Source: a virus (Duplodnaviria; Caudoviricetes). From it: 52,834 bases of DNA. Under the pieces are notes generated by a model. That model was not told the origin of the DNA. It saw only the letters and a program-made list of their open reading frames with translations, and did not search any database. The stretch spans positions 1 to 52,834 of the IMG/VR virus record IMGVR_UViG_3300023179_000144. One strand, given 5' to 3'. A program made the translations under genes and the position numbers. Of the stretch, positions 45,663 to 52,834 are shown one piece after another. Each line of letters begins with the position of its first letter. Position 1 is the stretch's first letter.

Positions 45663-47936
45663 ATGTCAGACTATAAATCACAAGTATTTGATATTTGTCT
45701 TGAAAAAATCAAGATTAAATTAGCATCGTATCTGTATACCACTCTGATGGGTGCTAATTATAAGCAAACGGGTGAGTCAACAGAAGTCAATGGAGCTGTT
45801 GTTCCAACCTCTGGAACTCGTGGCTACTACACATATTCTCAAATACCAGCACTTGGTACAGGATTTAATCCAAGCACATTAGGTTTAGCTGGAACAAACA
45901 GTTCTCCTCAGCCATGGTATAGAGATGCAAGAATTGCTTGGTATAACGGTCTAAGAAGTACAATTACTGACGATCTTTACAAGATTGGTAAAGGCGGTAA
46001 AGATGTTGTATTATTGAGTAATGGTGCAGCTGACAATACAAATATTAATACTAAAAATGGATTAATTGGAGCTGTAGATCCAATTGCACAGTCATTCTTT
46101 GTTACCGAAGATGCTGTTGTTATAACAAAAATAGATTTATTTTTATATTCTAAAGACGATAATCTTCCAATTTATCTAGAATTAAGAAAGATGGTTTCAG
46201 GTGTACCTGGAACTGATATTATTCCTTTTGGAAGAGCAGTTGTTCCTAGCAATTTTGTTGTTACAAGTGCAGATGCAACAAAGCCAACTACATTTATTTT
46301 TGAATCGCCAGTTCATTTAGAATCTGGAGAATATGCATTTGTTATTAGAACAGATTCAGCTAACTATAAACTTTGGGCATCAGCATTAAATGATGTTGAT
46401 ATTGTTAAAAAGACAAGAATTACCGAACAACCTACAGTAGGCAATTACTTTAAATCTCAAAATTTAACAAATTGGACAGAAGATCCTGTTGTAGATTTGA
46501 AGTTTACGTTGTTTAGGGCTGAGTTTGATATTTCTGCAATTGGAACTCCTCAGTTTTCTGTATTATCGCCAAGCTACGATACCATTACTCTTGAAAATAA
46601 TCCATTAGAGTTTTTCCCCAATGTAAACTACATGCGTGTTTATGCACCTAATCATGGAAATGCAACAGGTGATGTAATTTCTTTACAAGGTATTAATTTT
46701 ACAACAAATATTATTGACGAGGATACAAGCACACTTAATACAACCTATCAGGTTATTAAGGCTAACAAAGATGATTTCATCGTCCAGTGGACAAATGTTG
46801 CAAATGCTAATATAATTTCAAGAGCAACAAGAGTTGGCGGAACAGGAATTGTTCTTTCTGGTTCTAAAAATATTTTATTTGATACAGTGATTCCTGAAGT
46901 AGCAACATATGTCCCAAAGAATACTAAGCTCGAGGCATTTGTTAAGACAGTCGAAGAAGGAACAAGAGGATATCGTTATCAGTATATTGATTTAGCAAGC
47001 CAGTATAATTTCGAAAAGATGCAGGTATTGCTAAGCAGCAAGAATAAAGGCAACATGAGTCAGGATTATAACACACTTTATCCTGGCTTAAGAAACTTTG
47101 AACCTTTCCATGTTGTATTTCCAATATCTTCTGAAAATACTTTAGTATCTCCATTAATTGATATCAAGAAAACTAGATTTAACTTTGTTAAGAGTGATCT
47201 AGATAGTGGAAGTTTGTTACCATACAACCAAACTACAGTAGATCAAACATTAGTTTTCACTAATTCTAATGTTTATGTTAATATATCAGATGCTGCATAT
47301 AGAAATTCTAGAATTTATGTTCAGTATCCAGATCAAAGATCTAATGTCAATCAATATGTTAGGGAAGGTTCATTAATTATCTATAATGTACCTAAACTGA
47401 ATGCAACATTAACTTATCGTGTTGATAGTGTGGAGAATACAGGTGCAAATATCTATGTGACAGAGATGACGCCACCGTATGTTCCAATGTTCACTAACTT
47501 AATAAATCATGATGGTGCAACAAGAGTTAATACCAACATGTATGTAAATACATACTATGTATTTGATACCGCATCTAAAGGATCAACAACACCTGCTCAA
47601 CACATTACAAAAGAATTTAAGTTTGCAAATCCAAGTTCTGGATTGACGGCCTATGCTGATGTTTGTGTGCCTGATGGTACTTCTATTACGATGATGTATA
47701 GAACTAAGCAGGTTGGTGAAGGTGATACTCCTATCAGCGATAAGCCATTTAAGTATTTTGAACAAACAAAATTAAGTAAGTTAATTACAGATAAAAATAA
47801 ATTTGTTGAAATATCTGTTAGTGGCGAAAATTTACCATTATTTGAATCGGTTCAGGTTAAAATTATTTTTAACAGAAACTCACAAAGTGGTTTAGTTCCT
47901 AGGGTGAAGAATTTAAGGGTGATTGCTCTTGCATGA
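45663..47936 (+). CDS. DUF4815/VrlC-like protein, part 3
   Basis: DPIAQSFFV...ITKIDLF, FKSQNLTNW...DLKFTLFRAEF, terminal VPRVKNLRVIALA. Confidence 0.8.
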   Translation: MSDYKSQVFDICLEKIKIKLASYLYTTLMGANYKQTGESTEVNGAVVPTSGTRGYYTYSQIPALGTGFNPSTLGLAGTNSSPQPWYRDARIAWYNGLRSTITDDLYKIGKGGKDVVLLSNGAADNTNINTKNGLIGAVDPIAQSFFVTEDAVVITKIDLFLYSKDDNLPIYLELRKMVSGVPGTDIIPFGRAVVPSNFVVTSADATKPTTFIFESPVHLESGEYAFVIRTDSANYKLWASALNDVDIVKKTRITEQPTVGNYFKSQNLTNWTEDPVVDLKFTLFRAEFDISAIGTPQFSVLSPSYDTITLENNPLEFFPNVNYMRVYAPNHGNATGDVISLQGINFTTNIIDEDTSTLNTTYQVIKANKDDFIVQWTNVANANIISRATRVGGTGIVLSGSKNILFDTVIPEVATYVPKNTKLEAFVKTVEEGTRGYRYQYIDLASQYNFEKMQVLLSSKNKGNMSQDYNTLYPGLRNFEPFHVVFPISSENTLVSPLIDIKKTRFNFVKSDLDSGSLLPYNQTTVDQTLVFTNSNVYVNISDAAYRNSRIYVQYPDQRSNVNQYVREGSLIIYNVPKLNATLTYRVDSVENTGANIYVTEMTPPYVPMFTNLINHDGATRVNTNMYVNTYYVFDTASKGSTTPAQHITKEFKFANPSSGLTAYADVCVPDGTSITMMYRTKQVGEGDTPISDKPFKYFEQTKLSKLITDKNKFVEISVSGENLPLFESVQVKIIFNRNSQSGLVPRVKNLRVIALA

Positions 47937-48163
47937 TGTATAAAATTAAAGATTATCCTCATTTGGTGAAGGACGATGGCACTAAGGCTGTAGTTAATAC
48001 GGACTTTACAAGCTATCAAAACTATATCGCCGAAAGAAATTACAGAATGGGTGTCAAGGAAAATACATCACAGCTTGAGCATGAAATAAATAATCTTAAG
48101 TCTGATATGGCTGAGATTAAATCACTTTTAATTCAACTCCTTGGAATAAGTAAATGGCCTTAA
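47933..48163 (+). CDS. Small coiled-coil protein conserved after the VrlC-like gene
   Basis: HLVKD...AVVNTD...EINNLKSDMAEIKSLL. Confidence 0.8.
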   Translation: MMYKIKDYPHLVKDDGTKAVVNTDFTSYQNYIAERNYRMGVKENTSQLEHEINNLKSDMAEIKSLLIQLLGISKWP

Positions 48164-50265
48164 CGGTTGTCAATGTAACTGACACAATCAATACATTTCG
48201 TCTTAAGACCAACGAGCTATCTGCTAATGTTGGTGATAAGGGGAATTTCTTAACTGGCATTGCCACAGCTAATGTTGTCGAGGCAATCAATTCTGTATTT
48301 AAGAACGCTAATTCAGCTGTCCATTTAATTGGTAATTTGTCTTTACTAGATGCTGGTATTATTAATCGCAACAACTTAGTATCCGCAATAAATTATGTTT
48401 GGGCAAATATTGATGATGTTGTTTATGTTACTAGTGCAAATGGAGTTGGAACTAATCTTTATGTAACTAACGCCTATATTCAAGGTGGCACATTTAATAA
48501 TGCCAACATCTTTGGAGGGTTAGTTGTATCCAATGCAGTTTTTACTAACGCAGTTTTTACTAACAATATTACATCTGTAGATAATATTGTTTATTTTTAT
48601 AGTGCATCTGATGGTACATACATTGCTGCAGAACCAGGTGGATTTAGATTTGCAAATAAACAAGCTAATCTTGCCTATATCACACATGATGGTAATCCAA
48701 CCAATCAAAATACTCTCTTAACATTTAGATTTGCAAACTTGCATCTTGCACAAAACACCGATGCAAGAATGTCTAATGCCTATATTGCAAATGCTAATCT
48801 ATATTATGCAAATATTGATCATGCAAATGTCAATGATCTAATAGTAACTGATAATGTTATTACATTTGGTAAAACAAATGGTGCAAACATTACATGGAAT
48901 CCAGTTGCAAATGCCATATTGTTTAATAATGGTGGCTATAGTTATGGAATGTTGCAGGCTAATAATCAGTTATTAGATCAAAATACAGTTATGAAAGTTG
49001 GACTTGCTAACATTCATTATTTGCAAGTTAATAACACATCAGTATCTAATATTACAATACTTGGTGCCAATGTTAGAAACATGATAGCCAATGATAATAG
49101 CTATTATTTTCATTCAACTACAGAAGGTAGTTATATTAGATGGGAAGAATTGCCTGGTGCTGGATATGACGGGCATTATGTATTTGCTGCTAAGAATAAT
49201 GAATATACTGATATTACCTATACAGGATTTCCATTTGATGAAAATTCGTTAGTTTCAACTAAATTTGGTAATATTAATTATGTAACTACTGTTGGTAACC
49301 AAAATCAATATATTAATGGTGTTAAAGTATTTACTGACACACTAGTATTAGAGGCATGGCCTGGAATATGGTGGGATCCAGCAAGCAGTGGTACATATCC
49401 ACTTGGTTTGATGGGTAATACGATTACTAGTGGCCATAACAATATGTACTTTTCAGTACAAAAGACCTCTGTTCCTACTGCATATTTTACATATACTTAC
49501 CAAGCACAAGACGGTACCTTTGCTGCAGAAGGTAATTTGTACTCAGGAGCTGGGAAAGTTACTCTTAATGATGGCACCAAAGTAAGGGAGCTTAAAGCTA
49601 ATGTAATTGGTCTTTACCTTGATGGTGCTAATATTGTAGACCAAATTACTGGTAATATTAACTATGTAACTACTACAAGAGATCAAACTGTTAGTGGAAT
49701 TAAACATTTAACAGGGATAAGCAGATTTAGTAATTATCAAGCGTTTTGGGGCAGAGGTGCAGGTAATGCTATATACTGGACTGATCAAGGGTCTAACTTT
49801 TCACCAGTTATATATTCTGAAGATCTTAACAATTTAACAATCGATGCTAATAGCAGTAGCGCAAGCAGTAATCTTACTTTAGCATCTAAGGTAGTTTATG
49901 CACCATATATTATGTTTGGTGCACAGCAATTAGTAAAAACCGTTGTTGTTAGTCCGGGTTCAACTACTATTAATTTGGCATTAGGTGGTATTTTTGAATG
50001 TACGATGAATTCCTCTATTACTAGTTTATCTATTACAAATATTCCTGGCAATACTGGTTTAACGCAAACCACCGCATCTATTTTTATTTTAAGACTAATT
50101 TACACTGGTGCTGCTGTTTATGTTACATGGCCAGCATCGTTTAAGTGGCCAGGTGGAACTGCCCCTGCTTTATCATCCGGATCAAGTAAAGTAGATACAT
50201 TTGCATTTTATACTACTAACTATGGTTCAACCTGGAACGCATTTATTGTAGGCCAAAATAATTAA
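48154..50265 (+). CDS. Tail/neck fibre-like protein
   Basis: N-terminal VNVTDTINTFRLKTNEL, NAN-rich beta repeats, QxI/VxGxKxF/LT repeats, C-terminal TWPASFKWPGGTAP module. Confidence 0.75.
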   Translation: MALTVVNVTDTINTFRLKTNELSANVGDKGNFLTGIATANVVEAINSVFKNANSAVHLIGNLSLLDAGIINRNNLVSAINYVWANIDDVVYVTSANGVGTNLYVTNAYIQGGTFNNANIFGGLVVSNAVFTNAVFTNNITSVDNIVYFYSASDGTYIAAEPGGFRFANKQANLAYITHDGNPTNQNTLLTFRFANLHLAQNTDARMSNAYIANANLYYANIDHANVNDLIVTDNVITFGKTNGANITWNPVANAILFNNGGYSYGMLQANNQLLDQNTVMKVGLANIHYLQVNNTSVSNITILGANVRNMIANDNSYYFHSTTEGSYIRWEELPGAGYDGHYVFAAKNNEYTDITYTGFPFDENSLVSTKFGNINYVTTVGNQNQYINGVKVFTDTLVLEAWPGIWWDPASSGTYPLGLMGNTITSGHNNMYFSVQKTSVPTAYFTYTYQAQDGTFAAEGNLYSGAGKVTLNDGTKVRELKANVIGLYLDGANIVDQITGNINYVTTTRDQTVSGIKHLTGISRFSNYQAFWGRGAGNAIYWTDQGSNFSPVIYSEDLNNLTIDANSSSASSNLTLASKVVYAPYIMFGAQQLVKTVVVSPGSTTINLALGGIFECTMNSSITSLSITNIPGNTGLTQTTASIFILRLIYTGAAVYVTWPASFKWPGGTAPALSSGSSKVDTFAFYTTNYGSTWNAFIVGQNN

Positions 50266-50281
50266 AAAATAAAATTTTATT

Positions 50282-50959
50282 ATGATAAATGTGAAAATTT
50301 TTATTGGGTATGATTCAGAATTTTCTCAAGTTTATGAAACTTGTGTAGCATCTATAAAACGTTACACCAATGTTCCTATTGAACCTATAAATATAAATTT
50401 TTTAAAGCAACAGGGTCTTTATTGGAGAAAAGATAAAGGATCTACGGAATTTACTTTCACTAGATTTCTTGTTCCATATTTAAAAGGGTATTATGGTTAT
50501 GCTATCTTTTGTGATTGTGATTTTATTTGGACAAGAGATCCCTTGGATGTAATGAAAGAGATAGAAATAAATAAGGCTGTCAATGTTGTAAAACATAATA
50601 TAAGAGCTCAAGACTTACCGTCTATTAAAATGGATGGTCAGCCTCAAGTTTGGTATGAAAGAAAGAATTGGTCATCTTTTATGGTCTTTAATTGTGATCA
50701 CCCATTTTGCAAATTATTAACGCCCGAATATGTTTCTACTTCCTCATGGAAAGATTTACAAACATTGGAATGGGCAAGGGAATCTATAGGAAATATTCCA
50801 TATGAATATAATTTCTTAGTAGGATATTATGAGCCAAGTATTTTGCCTTATGGAATCCATTATACTGATGGAGGTCCGTGGCTAGAAGATTATAAAGATT
50901 GTGAATTTAATGAATTGTGGAATGAGGTTTATGTAAATAATGTACAACGCCGAACTTAA
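50282..50959 (+). CDS. GT-A glycosyltransferase (GT8-like)
   Basis: IFIGYD, STEFTFTRFLVP, DCD motif, RKNWSS, HYTDGGPW. Confidence 0.88.
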   Translation: MINVKIFIGYDSEFSQVYETCVASIKRYTNVPIEPININFLKQQGLYWRKDKGSTEFTFTRFLVPYLKGYYGYAIFCDCDFIWTRDPLDVMKEIEINKAVNVVKHNIRAQDLPSIKMDGQPQVWYERKNWSSFMVFNCDHPFCKLLTPEYVSTSSWKDLQTLEWARESIGNIPYEYNFLVGYYEPSILPYGIHYTDGGPWLEDYKDCEFNELWNEVYVNNVQRRT

Positions 50960-51695
50960 TAATAAATGGATTGGGCATCTTAAAAACTTTGTTGCAGATA
51001 AAAAAGTATTACTTGTTGGTAATTCACTTTCACTTTTTGCCGATAAAACTGGAGAATTAATTGATAGCTATGATGTTGTAATTAGAGTTGGTAAAGGATT
51101 ACCTTATACAGAATTTAAAGAATTTTTAGGAAGTAAATTTGATGTTTGGTCATTTGGAGTTTTAAGATCTGGTGCAATTAATCAAGTAACTGCACCATTT
51201 AAAATTTATAACTTTGCACAGGTTCATTTTTATAATAAAAAAGATATGCTGGTTACTCCTGCGTTCATGTATAATGATAAACATCAAGTGTATCGGGATT
51301 ATTTTTTAATTGGTTCTATTAGAGATTTAAAGGGATACTTAAGATTCTTTCCAAAAGATTGTGATAGAATTTCACAAGGATTAATAACGTTACTATTTTT
51401 TATAGATAAGATAAAAAGTTATAAGGATATTACTCTTTACGGTTTTGATTTTTTTGAAAATCACTTATCCTTTAACTTAAGTGATGGTGAAAAACAATCT
51501 TATAGCTGGCACTTACCTAAGACTAAGACAGGTGCCGTGATGCCACATTCTAATAAGCTAGAAAAACCATTTATTGAAAGACTAGCGAGCAAAAACTTAA
51601 TTAACATTATTAAATGTCCAACAGGACCTATTGATAAATATGTTATGGATTCATTGTTTCAAAAATTTAGGCCAGAGGCAGTCAAAAAGGAATAA
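50940..51695 (+). CDS. GT29/sialyltransferase-like protein
   Basis: KKVLLVGNS...GELIDSYDVVIR...GSKFD (sialylmotif-L-like), LYGFDF, distal H...E. Confidence 0.72.
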   Translation: MYNAELNNKWIGHLKNFVADKKVLLVGNSLSLFADKTGELIDSYDVVIRVGKGLPYTEFKEFLGSKFDVWSFGVLRSGAINQVTAPFKIYNFAQVHFYNKKDMLVTPAFMYNDKHQVYRDYFLIGSIRDLKGYLRFFPKDCDRISQGLITLLFFIDKIKSYKDITLYGFDFFENHLSFNLSDGEKQSYSWHLPKTKTGAVMPHSNKLEKPFIERLASKNLINIIKCPTGPIDKYVMDSLFQKFRPEAVKKE

Positions 51696-51697
51696 AC

Positions 51698-52174
51698 ATG
51701 CTTTTCGTCAGGGTTATAGACGGTGAGGCCCAAGGCCCGCCGACCGATATTCAAAGAATAAAAGAAAGACATAAAAATATATCTTTTCCAAAAAAAATTA
51801 CTGCTGATTATACGGAAATATTGGCTTCTTTGGGTTATGAGCCTGTGCCTATCCCAATCAATGGCAATAAACCTACTGCTAATGTAAATGAGATTGTTGT
51901 CCTTACTAAGCCCGAATATGTTAATGGGGTTTGGGAAAGGAGATATACCATTGTAAAAAGATCTTTACAGGAAATCGAAAAGCAATTATTTTTTGTAAGG
52001 CATGCAAGAAATCAGCTATTGGCTTCTACGGATTATGTAGAATTGCCATCTATTAGAGAAACTAAATCAGAAGAATGGAAGGCAGCTTGGGATTCGTATA
52101 GACAACAATTGAGAGATATAACAGATACAGATGATCTTTTTAATATCACATGGCCAAGATCTCCTAAAATATGA
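51698..52174 (+). CDS. Tail fibre assembly chaperone
   Basis: VRHARNQLLASTDY...WDSYRQQLRDIT...ITWP. Confidence 0.85.
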   Translation: MLFVRVIDGEAQGPPTDIQRIKERHKNISFPKKITADYTEILASLGYEPVPIPINGNKPTANVNEIVVLTKPEYVNGVWERRYTIVKRSLQEIEKQLFFVRHARNQLLASTDYVELPSIRETKSEEWKAAWDSYRQQLRDITDTDDLFNITWPRSPKI

Positions 52175-52834
52175 GTGCTTCATTATTATTGCTTCTTGCT
52201 GGCCAAGGATTTACTGTATTTGAAACACATCCTACAACGGATTATGTTACAAATACAGTATACACTACTTATTACGAAACAACCTACGATACTAATAAAG
52301 CCACTAACACAGTATACCTGACAAACCATAATACTAACACTTATAAAAATACTGTTACTCTCTTTGATACATTAACCGTTTTTGGAACTAACAGAATTAC
52401 AAGCAGAACTACTAATTTTAGTACAAATACAGAATTTATAACTGAATTTCCAACTTATTTTCAAGTACAAACTTATTATTCAACAGATGTAACTTATTAT
52501 AATTCTGCACTTACATATTGGGATGTTGGGGGTCCAGTTAAAGGAGATCTTGGAGTAAGAAATCAAGGGTTCGATGACTATACCTTTGTTATTCAGCTTT
52601 ATTTGCAGTATATGGAAAGATATCCAGCACAAGGAGAAATAGATTGGTGGTATAATGATATTGTAACACCTTACGGTCAATATCATTCAGAATTAGGTGG
52701 TGGACCAGGTGGTGTCAGTGGCTTTATTGGTTTTCCGGAAACTAGAAATGCTATGACCTATTGGACCGAGTCTGGGTCTGTAAGCACTATTTATTTAACT
52801 ACTTACGAACAACAAACAACCAGAACTACCAATC
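52171..52834 (+). CDS. Partial Thr-rich fibre-like protein (runs off the window)
   Basis: ATGA-coupled; MSASLLLLLAGQGFTVFETHPTT...; open to the edge; contains QLYLQYMERYPAQGEIDWW. Confidence 0.75.
   Translation, partial: MSASLLLLLAGQGFTVFETHPTTDYVTNTVYTTYYETTYDTNKATNTVYLTNHNTNTYKNTVTLFDTLTVFGTNRITSRTTNFSTNTEFITEFPTYFQVQTYYSTDVTYYNSALTYWDVGGPVKGDLGVRNQGFDDYTFVIQLYLQYMERYPAQGEIDWWYNDIVTPYGQYHSELGGGPGGVSGFIGFPETRNAMTYWTESGSVSTIYLTTYEQQTTRTTN

Noticed and set aside
276-52686. Many short antisense or alternate-frame ORFs in the track (for example 1460-1738, 6275-6559, 23271-23597, 34959-35315)
   Set aside because: They overlap well-supported genes and show no recognisable motifs.

Overview
A 52.8 kb, AT-rich, gene-dense segment of a lytic T4-like myovirus. 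All calls come from motif recognition and synteny; no database searches were run. (1) Bases 1-22.2 kb, + strand: small early ORFs behind sigma70-type promoters, RNase H, DsbA, ATP-dependent DNA ligase, auxiliary genes (sulfotransferase, 2OG-Fe(II) oxygenase, PhoH, ErpA/IscA, IscU, halogenase-like), GH19 and SleB-like wall hydrolases, a PD-(D/E)XK exonuclease and gp33-gp59-gp32. (2) Bases 22.2-27.4 kb, - strand: gp4, gp2, gp54-like, gp26, gp51-like, a holin-like gene and a tape-measure/hub-like gene. (3) Bases 27.4-52.8 kb, + strand: gp48, gp53, hub, a split gp5, gp25, gp6, gp7, gp8, a DUF4815/VrlC-like protein in three pieces, a tail fibre, two glycosyltransferases, a fibre chaperone and a truncated Thr-rich ORF. 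The two strongest signals are invisible to the ORF track. The first is a complete circularly permuted (two-piece) tmRNA gene at about 17967-18246, behind a T4 late promoter, with tag (A)NDDYFYQDLKLAA*. The second is a candidate -1 programmed frameshift (T TTT TTC plus an 8-bp hairpin) that would fuse gp26 to the gp51-like frame upstream of the tape-measure-like gene. Also notable are DUF4214-like modules repeated across several virion proteins.
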